Assembly (NCBI GenBank): GCA_011052015.1
Contig: DRJZ01000149.1
Span: forward strand, 1-54,301
Direction of reading: 5' to 3'
DNA from: Acidiferrobacteraceae bacterium
GTDB lineage: Bacteria; Pseudomonadota; Gammaproteobacteria; HyVt-429
DNA length: 54,301 nucleotides
The notes under the pieces were generated by a model. That model saw nothing but the letters and a program-made list of their open reading frames with translations, ran no database searches and was not told the origin of the DNA. The translations under genes were made by a program, and so were the position numbers. Of this stretch, positions 1 to 11,407 are shown piece after piece. The stretch's first letter is position 1, and each line of letters begins with the position of its first letter.

Positions 1-11
1 CTTTTTATCAT

Positions 12-1231
<1,220 letters not shown>

Positions 1232-1232
<1 letters not shown>

Positions 1233-1308
1233 GATTAAGACTTAGGCCCCAAGGTGGGTGCCTATACTCAACAATGGGTACCTATTGAAACAATAAGGGC
1301 CAGGGTCC
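1232..1308. repeat. Direct repeat copy A (77 nt), starting on the argG stop codon; homologous to 1988-2081
   Basis: Shares ggattaag, cccaagg, GGGTRCCTAT boxes and aaacaat(t)aagggccag(g/t)gtc with copy B in the same orientation. Confidence 0.6.
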
Positions 1309-1330
1309 AAAAAAAGGGGCGCGAATTATT

Positions 1331-1990
1331 CTAATGTGGCGGAGACCCCCCGGCGGGCACACCACCGAGACCGGTATCTTTCATTTCCAGGCGCTGGGCG
1401 CCACTGCTGGAGCCGAAACTGCTTTGGTTGCAGGCATCCGAGTTGGCGTCGCCGCAATTGACCGCCCCCGCCAAACCGACATTTGGCGCAATGCTGGTAC
1501 GGACGGGTTTGGACCCGGGATTTTCCCCGTTCGGTCCCGGCCGCGAGGTCATGCCTTTGGGGTCAGCTGGTTTCTTTCTGCAACCCTGGCACGAGACATA
1601 GTCGCAGTTGTCTTCCGGGCCGTTACTGCCTTCGGGGGCGGGTTGGTTTGAATCCCCACCTCCGACTCTAACAAGAATTTCTCCATCTAAAATCCAACCA
1701 TCACCTACTTCGGAGTGATTCTCGTGTCGAGTTACATTATGATTGCGATCCTCAGCTACAAAATCTGCGTTTATTATGCTGCCATCGGGGTGCCTGGATA
1801 CCTCCTGATGTCTCCTTTCTCCAGTATGGGGATCATAACCCTCGCTTTGGGTAGTTGTACTTCCGTCTGGGTTAGTTCTGCTCCGTTCTTTTATTTGGTA
1901 GCCTGTTTCATCATCGGTATCACCACGCCATCGGCTCCAACGGCTGTAAGATCCTCCCCCATCCTTGGGTTGCCAGAATGAAGACTTGGA
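1331..1990 (-). pseudogene. Stop-free 219-codon frame with no ATG/GTG/TTG/CTG in its first 146 codons; possible gene remnant (Gly/Asp/Asn/Ser-rich, loosely YD-repeat-like)
   Basis: I translated all 220 triplets by hand. The only stops are TAG at 1331-1333 and the upstream TAA at 1991-1993. The first start codon is ATG at 1552. No family recognised. Confidence 0.3.
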
Positions 1991-2081
1991 TTAAGGCCTA
2001 GATCCCAAGGCGGTCACCTACCCCAATGGCCATGGGTCACCTATACTATGGGTGTATGGCAAACAATTAAGGGCCAGTGTC
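1988..2081. repeat. Direct repeat copy B (94 nt, with one extra internal GGGTCACCTA box)
   Basis: Aligns with 1232-1308 by eye. Contains the TAA that closes the 5' side of the 1331-1990 frame. Confidence 0.6.
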
Positions 2082-2328
2082 GATTTTTCGGTGGTGCAGT
2101 GTGGATTAGGGATAGGTGGGTTTCAACCATAGGGGATCTCGGTACCCGGGGGTATGGAGGGAGAACTGTGGTGGAGGTACAGCATTCTCCGGGAGAGGTT
2201 GCCGCCAAACCGATTCGGGTTTGTTGGGATAGGCCCCGATCTGCGATATTGCGCGACCTCCGACCCATTTTACACGCCCCTCCCGATCAGGCCCGCCAGG
2301 CAACAACGCGAAATATCGCCAATAATCT

Positions 2329-5300
2329 ATGTCCCCAGAATCCAAGCCTGTTAACAGACAAGTTAATAATCTGGCCCATGATCTAGGCGGTATCGCCAAT
2401 AGCCTGCAGGAGACCCTCTACCAAACGGATGTCCAAGGACACATCACCTGGATCAGCCAACCGGTGCACAAGCTTCTTGGCTATACTCCGGCGGAGCTTC
2501 TCGGTGTCCCTATAGATTCCCTCTACGCTGAGCCATCGGACCGCAAACACTTCCTGTTGGCGCTGGAAAATAGTGGTGGCCAGTTGGACGATTTTCGTTG
2601 TCGCCTGCGTCATAAAGAGGGCCACGAAGTCTGGGTGTCCACCACTGCGGTCTATATCTTTGATGAAGCCGGGGAGACCCTTGGGGTGGCGGGGTCTACT
2701 CGTGACATCGCCAACCTGATCAACACCAAACAGGCCTTTCTTGAGAGTGAACAAAAATTTCGCTCCCTGGCCGAGACCTCGGCCCATTGTATTTTCGTTT
2801 ACCGTGAAAAATTTCTGTACGTGAATCCCGCGCTTGAGGCCATTACGGGTTATAGCTCAGAAGAACTCCTGAAAAAAAATGTCAACGACCTCGTCCATCC
2901 CGATTTTCGGGAACTGGTCAAATCACGGGCCAAGGCGCGTCTGGTGGGGGGCACGGTGCCAGAGCGCTATGAGCTAAAACTCCTCAACAAAAACGGTGAG
3001 GAAATATGGGTAGACGTGGCAGCCAGCATCGTGCAGTTTGATGGGGAAGCCGCCGACGCCGCCTCAGTGATCGATATCACCGCACAGAAAACCGCACACA
3101 AAGCCTTGCTTTTATCCGAAGAAAGATTTCGCAAGGTATTCGAGGCCAATGCCGCGATTATTACCATCAATAAGATTGAAGACGGTGAATATATCGATGT
3201 TAATGAAAGCTTCGTCAGGACATCGGGGTTTAGCCGTGAGGAGACCATCGGTAAAACTTCTCTGGAGCTGAGAATATGGGATCATCCAGATGATCGCAAG
3301 AAGCTTGTTCAAAATTTACAGGACAAGGGATTTGTACATGATTTTGAATTTAGCTTTCGCAGCAAATCCGGCGAACTGAAACATGTGTTGTCTTCGGCGG
3401 AAAAAGTGGATATTGCGGGACAGGCCTGCCTGCTGTTTATAGGCCAGGATATCAGTGATCGGAAAAAATATGAAACTGCCCTGCGCACTTCGGAAGAAAA
3501 ATATCGTCTCCTGGTAAACAACGTCAAAGATGCCATATTCATTGTCCAAGATCTGCGCGTTAAATTCCCCAACCCCAGGACTTTGGAAATTACCGAATAC
3601 GATGAGGCCGAACTGAGTAACCTTTTGGTTAGTCATCTCGTACACCCGGATGATCGACAGATAGTGATGGACCGGCATCATCAACGTCTGGCGGGCAATA
3701 CCGAACAAGACACCTACCAGTTTAGGATTATGACCAAATCTGGTCTGATCCGCTGGATGGATATCAGCGTATTGCTCCTTGCCTGGGAAGACAGGCCTGC
3801 CACCCTGAATGTAATGCGCGATATCACCGCCCACAAAACAGCTCAAGAGGCCTTATTTGATGAAAAGGAACGGGCCCATGTGACTTTAGAGTCCATTGGT
3901 GATGGTGTGATTACCACCAACGCAAAAGGCCGTATTGAATATCTCAACCCCGTGGCGGAACAACTCACCGGCTGGCAATCAAGCCAGGCCCGGGGGCTAC
4001 AACTCGTTGATGTGTTTCACATCATTGATGAAACGACACGTGCACCCGTGGATAGTCCCACGAACACGGTATTGCAACAAGGTCAAAAGGTGGTGGCCCC
4101 TGGGCATACTGCCTTGGTACGGGCAGATAAATCGGAGTCATCAATTGAATATGCCGCATCTCCCATACGACAAAGGGACGGTGCTATCACCGGCACAGTA
4201 GTGGTATTTCGGGATGTGACCAAGATGCGCGGCCTGGCCCGCCAACTCAGCTATCAGGCTAGCCATGATAGTCTTACCGGTCTGATCAATCGGCGCGAGT
4301 TCGAAACCCGGCTCGACCACGCCCTGACAAGCGCCAAGACCGAAGACAAACACCACGCCTTATGCTATCTGGACCTCGATCAATTCAAGATAGTAAACGA
4401 TACTTGCGGTCATAGCGCTGGGGACGAATTACTCAAACAACTGGCCGCACTGCTACAAACCAGGGTGCGTGACGTCGATACACTTGCCCGCTTGGGGGGG
4501 GATGAATTTGGCATCCTGTTGGAAGGGTGTCCGCTAGATAAGGCCCGTCAGATTGGGGACAGCCTGCGCTGTATCGTCAAAGATTTTCGTTTTGTGTGGG
4601 AAGATAAATCCTTTGAAGTCGGATGCAGCGTTGGTCTTGTTCCCATCACCAGCCACACGGAATCATTATCCGACCTGTTACGGGCCGCAGATGCCGCCTG
4701 CTATGTAGCCAAGGATCTGGGCCGCAACCGGGTTTATGCCTATAAACCCGATGATGAAGAACTGGCACGGCGGCATGGTGAGATGCAATGGATTACACGC
4801 CTGAACGCTGCGCTCGATTCGGATAAGTTTGAGCTCTACTACCAACCCATTGTCTCCCTATCTACGGACGGAAGCGGGGAGAAGCGTGGCGAGATCCTGT
4901 TACGCATGCATGGCAAACAGCTAATTCCGCCTATGGCTTTTATTCCCGCAGCGGAGCGCTATGGCATGATGCCAACCATTGATCGATGGATCATTAAGAA
5001 GGTATTCACGTCCTTTAATGAGGCCCCTGCCAAACGCCAAAAGGAAATAAATTGTCTGTCCATCAATTTATCGGGGCAATCTTTATCCGATGAAGGTTTC
5101 CTGAATTTTGTTCTGGAAAAACTCGACGAATCGGCAATCTTACCCCATCAACTTTGCTTCGAAATCACCGAGACCGCCGCTATTGCCAACCCACAAGGTG
5201 CGGTAAAATTCATTGGCCACTTAAGGGACTGTGGCTGTCACTTTGCCCTGGATGACTTTGGAAGCGGTCTAAGCTCCTTTGCCTATCTTAAGGACATGCA

Positions 5301-5541
5301 CGTGGATTTCCTAAAGATAGACGGTTATTTTATTCGTGATATTATTGACGACCCTATCGACCTAGCCATGGTGGAATCCATTAACCACATAGGCCACGTT
5401 ATGGGGATCAAGACCGTTGCTGAATTCGTTGAAAGCGAATCCATAGTCAATAAACTAAAAGAATTGGGCGTGGACTATGCCCAAGGCTACCACATCGCCA
5501 GACCTCGGCCCCTTAGCAAGAGCCTGCTGTTGGCCCACTAG
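2329..5541 (+). CDS. Multi-PAS sensor diguanylate cyclase/phosphodiesterase (PAS x3-4, GGDEF, EAL)
   Basis: 1070-aa ORF with repeated PAS-type segments. GGDEF motif in RLGGDEFGILL. EAL-domain motifs EITE, DDFGSGLSSFAYLK, KIDG, EFVES, QGY. Confidence 0.93.
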   Translation: MSPESKPVNRQVNNLAHDLGGIANSLQETLYQTDVQGHITWISQPVHKLLGYTPAELLGVPIDSLYAEPSDRKHFLLALENSGGQLDDFRCRLRHKEGHEVWVSTTAVYIFDEAGETLGVAGSTRDIANLINTKQAFLESEQKFRSLAETSAHCIFVYREKFLYVNPALEAITGYSSEELLKKNVNDLVHPDFRELVKSRAKARLVGGTVPERYELKLLNKNGEEIWVDVAASIVQFDGEAADAASVIDITAQKTAHKALLLSEERFRKVFEANAAIITINKIEDGEYIDVNESFVRTSGFSREETIGKTSLELRIWDHPDDRKKLVQNLQDKGFVHDFEFSFRSKSGELKHVLSSAEKVDIAGQACLLFIGQDISDRKKYETALRTSEEKYRLLVNNVKDAIFIVQDLRVKFPNPRTLEITEYDEAELSNLLVSHLVHPDDRQIVMDRHHQRLAGNTEQDTYQFRIMTKSGLIRWMDISVLLLAWEDRPATLNVMRDITAHKTAQEALFDEKERAHVTLESIGDGVITTNAKGRIEYLNPVAEQLTGWQSSQARGLQLVDVFHIIDETTRAPVDSPTNTVLQQGQKVVAPGHTALVRADKSESSIEYAASPIRQRDGAITGTVVVFRDVTKMRGLARQLSYQASHDSLTGLINRREFETRLDHALTSAKTEDKHHALCYLDLDQFKIVNDTCGHSAGDELLKQLAALLQTRVRDVDTLARLGGDEFGILLEGCPLDKARQIGDSLRCIVKDFRFVWEDKSFEVGCSVGLVPITSHTESLSDLLRAADAACYVAKDLGRNRVYAYKPDDEELARRHGEMQWITRLNAALDSDKFELYYQPIVSLSTDGSGEKRGEILLRMHGKQLIPPMAFIPAAERYGMMPTIDRWIIKKVFTSFNEAPAKRQKEINCLSINLSGQSLSDEGFLNFVLEKLDESAILPHQLCFEITETAAIANPQGAVKFIGHLRDCGCHFALDDFGSGLSSFAYLKDMHVDFLKIDGYFIRDIIDDPIDLAMVESINHIGHVMGIKTVAEFVESESIVNKLKELGVDYAQGYHIARPRPLSKSLLLAH

Positions 5542-5603
5542 AGAAAAAAGCATCAACAAGCACGTAACGAAAAAATACAGAAAAAATACAGGACCGACTA
5601 GCC

Positions 5604-5837
5604 ATGAAATGGATTGATCGTATTCCCCTGCTCCCTCTTGGGCTGGTAGCGGTATTTTTGAGCATCGCTCCGCTACACCCAGAACCCCATTTGCTCGAAA
5701 AAACCAGGATGCTGGTACAGGGCAACCTGACTCATGCCATAGATATTTTTGATCTTCTTTTTCACGGCAGTGCGTCACTGTTGTTTGTGGTACGGGTGAT
5801 AAGAGAAATCACTTCACCAAAAAAACCAATCGAGTAG
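5604..5837 (+). CDS. Small hydrophobic protein of unknown function
   Basis: 77-aa ORF with an N-terminal TM-like segment (IPLLPLGLVAVFLSIAPL). Sits directly upstream of, and co-directional with, the glycosyltransferase. I recall similar small proteins in this context, but this is unverified. Confidence 0.45.
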   Translation: MKWIDRIPLLPLGLVAVFLSIAPLHPEPHLLEKTRMLVQGNLTHAIDIFDLLFHGSASLLFVVRVIREITSPKKPIE

Positions 5838-5850
5838 CATTACCGGGCCC

Positions 5851-6573
5851 ATGGGAAGCTCTAACAACATAGAACTCCCAAGGGCATCCATCGCGGTGAT
5901 TGTGCCGATCTTAAACGAGGCCCGTGTTCTCAAACAGCTTATCGATCAACTTATGCGGCAAAGTTTTGATGAGATTTTACTAATCGATGGGGGCAGTACG
6001 GATGGATCGGCCGCTATCGCCGAAAATGAACTTGCAAAACACTCGAAAAAGTCTTCCTGCCGGGTCATCCATAGCCCCCGAGGTCGCGCTACACAAATGA
6101 ACCAAGGTGCTACCCAGGCAAAGTCTCAGGTCTTATTATTCCTGCATGCAGACACACGTCTACCTGCCCAGGCAACTCGCCTGATCACCCAAGCCCTGTC
6201 CAGTGGATATTGCTGGGGGCGTTTTGATGTTCACTTAAACAGCGAGAAATTTTTTTATCGTGTCATTGAATGGGCGATGAATCTTCGATCACGTGTCAGC
6301 GGCATTGCCACCGGAGACCAATGTATATTTGTGAAACGAGAAATTTTTAAACAGCTGGGCGGCTATGCCACTATTCCTGTCATGGAAGATATCGAGTTGA
6401 GCAAGTGCTTGAAAAAGCTGCAACATCCGGTCCGAATTCAAGATGCCGTCTATACCTCCACGCGGCGTTGGGACGACAAGGGTATTGTTCGAACCCTGTT
6501 GACCATGTGGGGCCTGCGTCTATTGTATTGGCTCAAGGTCAAACCCTCTATTCTCGCTCGATATTATCCATAA
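5851..6573 (+). CDS. Family-2 glycosyltransferase (TIGR04283-like)
   Basis: 240-aa ORF. GT-A N-terminus IAVIVPILNE, LIDGGSTDGS and a DxD-like HAD. Followed by a DUF2064 gene, as is typical for this subfamily. Confidence 0.85.
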   Translation: MGSSNNIELPRASIAVIVPILNEARVLKQLIDQLMRQSFDEILLIDGGSTDGSAAIAENELAKHSKKSSCRVIHSPRGRATQMNQGATQAKSQVLLFLHADTRLPAQATRLITQALSSGYCWGRFDVHLNSEKFFYRVIEWAMNLRSRVSGIATGDQCIFVKREIFKQLGGYATIPVMEDIELSKCLKKLQHPVRIQDAVYTSTRRWDDKGIVRTLLTMWGLRLLYWLKVKPSILARYYP

Positions 6574-6587
6574 CCACGACGACCAAG

Positions 6588-7259
6588 ATGCAGCCCGATC
6601 TACTATTGTTTGCCAAACAACCTGTTGCCGGGCAGGTCAAGACTCGCCTGCAACCGAAGTGTAATCCGCAGCAGGCGGCGTGCATCGCCGGCTACCTGGT
6701 GCGCGCCACATGCGAATTGGCAGTCAAATATTGGCCAGGGAGCGTTTATCTTTACACTTGGCCAAACAGTGATCACCCTTTGTTTGGTGAACTTGCTGAT
6801 CAATTCCCCATAACACTCGCCGTGCAATCCGACGGTGATCTCGGAGCCAAAATGATTGCCGCCCTTGAGGAAGGCATTGGCCGTAGTGGTGGCGCGGCAG
6901 TCATGGGCTGCGATGTTCCTCATTGCCCAGGGGGGATCCTTGTCCGCGCAAGCGAACACCTTTGTGCCGGAGAGGAGATACTGGGGCCTTGTAACGATGG
7001 TGGCTACTACCTTATCGGACTCAATAAAAGCAGCGCCCATCTTTTCGCAGACATGGATTGGGGGGGAGATAAAATAGCCTCCAAAACCCTTTTCCGTGCC
7101 AAACAAGACGGTCGGCATTTAAACCTATTACCCCAACTACGCGACATCGACACCTGGGAAGATTTGAACACCGTCGCTGAACACCACACGCCCCTAAGGC
7201 AATTTATGACCAATGAAATCGATACCCCCATCCACCCTAAGATTATCTTAAGGGAGTGA
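6588..7259 (+). CDS. DUF2064 / TIGR04282-family glycosyltransferase-like protein
   Basis: The in-frame ATG at 6588 gives MQPDLLLFAKQPVAGQVKTRL. Motifs GDLGAKM, MGCDVPH, DGGYYLIGL, DWGG. The longer ORF from 6405 would overlap the preceding gene. Confidence 0.8.
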   Translation: MQPDLLLFAKQPVAGQVKTRLQPKCNPQQAACIAGYLVRATCELAVKYWPGSVYLYTWPNSDHPLFGELADQFPITLAVQSDGDLGAKMIAALEEGIGRSGGAAVMGCDVPHCPGGILVRASEHLCAGEEILGPCNDGGYYLIGLNKSSAHLFADMDWGGDKIASKTLFRAKQDGRHLNLLPQLRDIDTWEDLNTVAEHHTPLRQFMTNEIDTPIHPKIILRE

Positions 7260-7304
7260 TAGGACTTGAATCCGTACCCAATCCCGGTTACATAGTCGGA
7301 CTCG

Positions 7305-8264
7305 ATGAACTCACACAGAAACGTCGGCGTGCCCGAATCTTCAAGCCCCAGCCCGCCACCCTTTAAGTGGTCTTTTGCCTCACCACGTTATTTACCCAGT
7401 TGGCTGCTGGTCGGGTTAATGCGACTCCTTGCGTTGTGCCCCCTTCCCGTCTTGTGGGCCCTGGGATGGCTTTTGGGTGAAGCCATGTTTCGTTTCGGTC
7501 GTAGCCGACGTCATATCGCCAACCGAAATATTGAAAGATGCTTACCGGAACTGGGCCCCAGCACACGCCAACGCCTGATCCATAAAAATTTTCATGCCGT
7601 GGGTCAGGGCCTGTTGGCGATGCCTCTGCCCTGGTGGATATCGCGCTGTCGACTGACACGGTTGGTGCACTACCAGGACCGACACCACTACGACCATGCC
7701 CTGGCGGCAGGCAAAAATATTATTTTACTCGCACCCCATTTCCTGGGCCTGGAATTTGGGTTGGCCATGTCCATCGATCGACCCATGATGTACATGTACC
7801 AAAGACCGAAGAACAAATTAATCGACACCATTATCCAGCGAGGTCGGACACGCTTTGACGCCCAATTGATAGAACGCAGCGGCAGCCTCAAAGGCATGTT
7901 TCGCAGACTCAAAGGCGGGGTGCCCCTGTGCTATCTACCGGATCAGAATCCGGGAACCAAACGCGGTATTTTTGTGCCCTTCATGGGCGTACAGGCCGCC
8001 ACCCATCAGGCCCTGGGCCGCTTTGCCGAACTTGCCGATGCAGTAGTCATCCCCTGCATCTGTACCCAACGGCCCTTTGGTCGCGGTTATAATGTGACCT
8101 ATAAACCACCCCTGGAAAACTTTCCGAGCGGTGATCCCGAGGCGGACACGGCTCACATGAATCGAGCCATCGAAGAGGCAGTACGTGAAAATCCAGCCCA
8201 GTATTTCTGGATACATCGACGCTTCAAGGTTCGGCCTGAAGGTGAGCCCGATTTCTATGGTTAA
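7305..8264 (+). CDS. LpxL/HtrB-family lipid A (lauroyl/myristoyl) acyltransferase-like protein
   Basis: 319-aa ORF. N-terminal FASPRYLPSWLLVGL, acyltransferase box APHFLGLE, and YLPDQN. Confidence 0.8.
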   Translation: MNSHRNVGVPESSSPSPPPFKWSFASPRYLPSWLLVGLMRLLALCPLPVLWALGWLLGEAMFRFGRSRRHIANRNIERCLPELGPSTRQRLIHKNFHAVGQGLLAMPLPWWISRCRLTRLVHYQDRHHYDHALAAGKNIILLAPHFLGLEFGLAMSIDRPMMYMYQRPKNKLIDTIIQRGRTRFDAQLIERSGSLKGMFRRLKGGVPLCYLPDQNPGTKRGIFVPFMGVQAATHQALGRFAELADAVVIPCICTQRPFGRGYNVTYKPPLENFPSGDPEADTAHMNRAIEEAVRENPAQYFWIHRRFKVRPEGEPDFYG

Positions 8265-8311
8265 TCTGTTGCCTTACAAAGGAGTATTAATCGAAGAATA
8301 ACCTGAACCGC

Positions 8312-8371
8312 CAAGATGCCAAGTGCGCCAAAGTGTTGGCAGACATATTTCCTGTCGCACTTGGCATCTTG
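8312..8371. terminator. 16-bp perfect inverted repeat between convergent genes (possible bidirectional terminator or REP)
   Basis: caagatgccaagtgcg (8312-8327) is the exact reverse complement of cgcacttggcatcttg (8356-8371), with a 28-nt loop. There is no clear U-tract. Confidence 0.35.
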
Positions 8372-8443
8372 ACAGTTCAATATTAGTCGAGGCAGCCCAT
8401 GCGGGCCTGACGCATTGGCGAGAGTCGGTCTGAAGCGCCCACC

Positions 8444-9895
8444 TCACCCCCGCCAAAATGTAGGCGTCAACAGCACCAACAGGGTAAACAACTCCAAGCG
8501 TCCCATGAGCATGGCAAAAGATAAAATCCACTTACCGGCATCACTAACGGAGCCGTAGTTCTTGGCTACATTCCCCAGGCCGGGGCCCAGATTGTTTAGA
8601 TTAGCGGCCACTGCAGAGAATGCAGTTTCCAGGTTGGCGCCTGTGGCACTTAGCGCCAACAACAGCACCACGAAACACAACACATAAAGTGCAAAAAACC
8701 CCCACACCGCATCAATGACATGGTTGGATACCGGCTTACCGCCCAATTTAACCGGGAACAGGGCCATGGGATGAACCAGGCGCATCATCTCCCGTTTACT
8801 CTGTTTATAGAGCAACATGGCGCGGACAACCTTGATCCCCCCTGCGGTGGAACCCGCACAACCTCCAATACAACTGGCCATCAATAACATAACCGGCAAA
8901 AAAGACGGCCACCAATCAAACCCGGTAGTGGAAAATCCAGTGCTCGTAACCACAGAAATAACCTGAAATGCTCCATGGCGCAGGGTCTCGACTGGCCCAT
9001 CAAAGCTTTCTGTCACTGTCAAATAGGCGATACTCAAGCCACTTATTACAAACAATAGAGTGAAATAACCCCTGACTTCAGGGTCGTGAAAATAGTGGAT
9101 TAGGCTCCGCGTGCGCCAGGACAAAAAATGCAGCGCAAAATTAATCCCCGCCAACAACATAAAAACCATGGTGATGACGTCGATAACGGCACTATCAAAG
9201 TAGCCCATGCTTTTGTCGTGGGTAGAAAACCCGCCGGTGGCAACGGTAGAAAAACTATGTCCAATGGCATCGAATGCATTCATTCCACCAAGCCAATAAC
9301 TCAGCGCGCACAGCACGGTAAGCCCCAAATAGATATACCACAGCGCCTTGGCGGTCTCCGAAATCCTCGGGGTGATCTTATTGTCTTTCATGGGCCCTGG
9401 GGTTTCGGCCCGGTAGAGTTGCATACCACCAATCCCTAACATCGGCATAATGGCCACCGCCAAAACGATAATACCCATACCGCCGAACCATTGTAGTTGC
9501 TGCCGGTAGTAGCGAATGGATTCCGGGAGATCATCAATACCTGTCAATACTGTGCCCCCGGTGGTAGTAAGGCCTGACATCGATTCAAAAAAGGCATCCA
9601 CAGGCATCATGCTGGGGTTATCGGAAAGCACAAAGGGAATGGCGCCGAATAGGGCGAGCACTGTCCAAAATAGCACCACCACCACAAAACCATCTCGAAC
9701 CCTGAGCTCTTTGCGCAATCGACACACGGGCAACCAAAGCACCAAACCGGTTAGCAGTGTGGCAAGAAAAGCGTGCAAAAAGGCTTGATGTGTGCCGTCA
9801 CTATAGAGTAGCGAGACTAGAATGGGAGGCAGCAGAGATGTACTAAAGAAGACCAGAAGAAGTCCAACAATCTGCTGAATGGCGAGAAATTGCAT
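8444..9895 (-). CDS. trkH: Trk-type K+ uptake protein, membrane subunit
   Basis: 483-aa polytopic ORF. TrkH-like repeated pore motifs (TTTGGT, TGGFST, STGFST, GGCAGSTAGGIK). Adjacent to trkA. Confidence 0.93.
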   Translation of the reverse strand: MQFLAIQQIVGLLLVFFSTSLLPPILVSLLYSDGTHQAFLHAFLATLLTGLVLWLPVCRLRKELRVRDGFVVVVLFWTVLALFGAIPFVLSDNPSMMPVDAFFESMSGLTTTGGTVLTGIDDLPESIRYYRQQLQWFGGMGIIVLAVAIMPMLGIGGMQLYRAETPGPMKDNKITPRISETAKALWYIYLGLTVLCALSYWLGGMNAFDAIGHSFSTVATGGFSTHDKSMGYFDSAVIDVITMVFMLLAGINFALHFLSWRTRSLIHYFHDPEVRGYFTLLFVISGLSIAYLTVTESFDGPVETLRHGAFQVISVVTSTGFSTTGFDWWPSFLPVMLLMASCIGGCAGSTAGGIKVVRAMLLYKQSKREMMRLVHPMALFPVKLGGKPVSNHVIDAVWGFFALYVLCFVVLLLALSATGANLETAFSAVAANLNNLGPGLGNVAKNYGSVSDAGKWILSFAMLMGRLELFTLLVLLTPTFWRG

Positions 9896-9919
9896 AGTTC
9901 AAACACTAACGCTCATGGG

Positions 9920-11296
9920 CTAAACAAAAGTCACGCCCACCTGGAAAAGCTTTTCCACCTCGGGAATATGCCGTTTATCGACAACAAACAGGATGATATG
10001 GTCCTCGGGCTCAATCACCACATCGTGATGAGCAATGAGCACGTCATTGCCGCGCACCAAGGCGCCAATATTGGTCCCTGGTGGCAGCTTGATCTCGGAG
10101 ATACTCCGGCCCACTACCTGAGACGAGGATCGGTCGCCATGGGCAATGGCCTCAATGGCCTCGGCAGCACCACGCCGCAGAGAGTGAACAGCGACCACAT
10201 CACCACGCCGAATATGAGCCAATAAACTGCCGATAGTGGCCTGCTTGGGGGAAAAGGCCACGTCTAACACATCGCTCTGGATCAAGTCCACGTACTCGAC
10301 ACGATTCACCAACGCCATCACCCGTCGTGCGCCCATACGTTTGGCCAGCATAGCGGATAGAATATTGGCTTCATCATCGTTGGTTAACGCACAGAATACA
10401 TCAATATCATCAATATTTTCGTTTTGGAGTAACTCCGAATCTGCGGCATCGCCATTCAATACGATGGTTTTGTGAAGCTCCTCTGACACGCGTTTTGCGC
10501 GCTCTGTATTGTGGTCTATTAGCTTGACAGAATATTTTTTTTGTTCCAACTCAGTCGCAAGCCGCAAACCGATATTACCCGCGCCCGCCAACATGATGCG
10601 CTTGACGGGTTTGTCCAGTTTACGCAATTCGCTCATCACCGCACGAATGTGTTTGCTCGCAGCCACAAAAAACACCTCATCATCAGCCTCAATGACAGTA
10701 TGCCCCTCAGGTGGAATGGCGCGATCACGCCGGTAGATAGCGGCCACCCGGGTATCAATACGTGGCATATGTTTGCGCAAATCACGCAACTCATGGCCTA
10801 CCAAGGGTCCGTCGTAATAGGCACGAATACCCACCATCTGGATTCGACCATTGGCAAAATCCAGCACCTGCAAAGAACCGGGGTGTTCAATAAGCCGCAA
10901 AATCTGATCGGTGATAATCTGCTCAGGGCTGATAATCACGTCAATGGGAATCGCCTCCTGCATAAAAATCTCAGGGTGATCCAGATAGTCAGAGGAGCGG
11001 ATACGGGCGATCTTAGTGGGGGTATGAAACAAGGTATAAGCAATCTGACAGGCCACCATATTGACCTCGTCATTGAGGGTCACTGCCAGAATCATGTCGG
11101 CATCTTCACCCCCTGCCTGTGCGAGCACAGAGGGATGCGAGGCAGACCCCACCACGGTGCGGATATCCAGGCGATCTTGTAGCCGCCTCAGCACCGCTGG
11201 ATCGGTGTCCACCATGGTGATGTCATTGGCCTCGCCTGCAAGGGTCTCCGCAATAGAGCCCCCAACTTGCCCGGAACCGAGGATGATAATCTTCAT
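9920..11296 (-). CDS. trkA: Trk system K+ uptake protein, NAD-binding subunit
   Basis: Start chosen at [14 protein letters not shown] (ATG at 11296). Second Rossmann repeat [14 protein letters not shown]. 458 aa. Confidence 0.93.
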   Translation of the reverse strand: MKIIILGSGQVGGSIAETLAGEANDITMVDTDPAVLRRLQDRLDIRTVVGSASHPSVLAQAGGEDADMILAVTLNDEVNMVACQIAYTLFHTPTKIARIRSSDYLDHPEIFMQEAIPIDVIISPEQIITDQILRLIEHPGSLQVLDFANGRIQMVGIRAYYDGPLVGHELRDLRKHMPRIDTRVAAIYRRDRAIPPEGHTVIEADDEVFFVAASKHIRAVMSELRKLDKPVKRIMLAGAGNIGLRLATELEQKKYSVKLIDHNTERAKRVSEELHKTIVLNGDAADSELLQNENIDDIDVFCALTNDDEANILSAMLAKRMGARRVMALVNRVEYVDLIQSDVLDVAFSPKQATIGSLLAHIRRGDVVAVHSLRRGAAEAIEAIAHGDRSSSQVVGRSISEIKLPPGTNIGALVRGNDVLIAHHDVVIEPEDHIILFVVDKRHIPEVEKLFQVGVTFV

Positions 11297-11407
11297 ATAT
11301 TTTTCTTCTAATTTATTGTGCAGCCCACTGACATGGCTAGGGAACCTCTGGATGACGCTCATTGACGCCTTGACGGTTCAAGTTCAATGGATCAGAATTT
11401 CCCTAGT

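Noticed and set aside
1334-1981. Plus-strand ORFs 1334-1651 (105 aa) and 1715-1981 (88 aa, hydrophobic) as real genes.
   Set aside because: They are in the same triplet phase as the longer uninterrupted minus-strand frame and are broken by stops. I could not recognise either product. I kept them only as part of the startless-frame finding.
3316-3846. A 176-aa minus-strand ORF, together with similar long antisense ORFs at 6603-7118, 10541-11182, 38928-39530, 39765-40238 and 40500-41099.
   Set aside because: Each lies entirely inside a well-supported gene on the opposite strand (GGDEF/EAL, DUF2064, trkA, gltB, gltD). Their sequences have no recognisable motifs. They are typical shadow ORFs in GC-rich coding DNA.
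5570-5591. A perfect tandem duplication of aaaaaatacag (2 copies) downstream of the GGDEF/EAL gene.
   Set aside because: Only two copies in an A-rich spacer. This is probably a slippage duplication with no evident function.
6405-6587. The N-terminal 61-aa extension of the DUF2064 ORF given in the track.
   Set aside because: It would overlap the 3' end of the GT2 gene by about 170 nt. The family-typical N-terminus (MQPDLLLFAKQP) starts at the internal ATG at 6588.
11297-11362. The 22-aa N-terminal extension of trkA in the track.
   Set aside because: TrkA proteins begin with the MKIIILGxGxVG Rossmann motif, and the ATG at 11296 provides exactly that.
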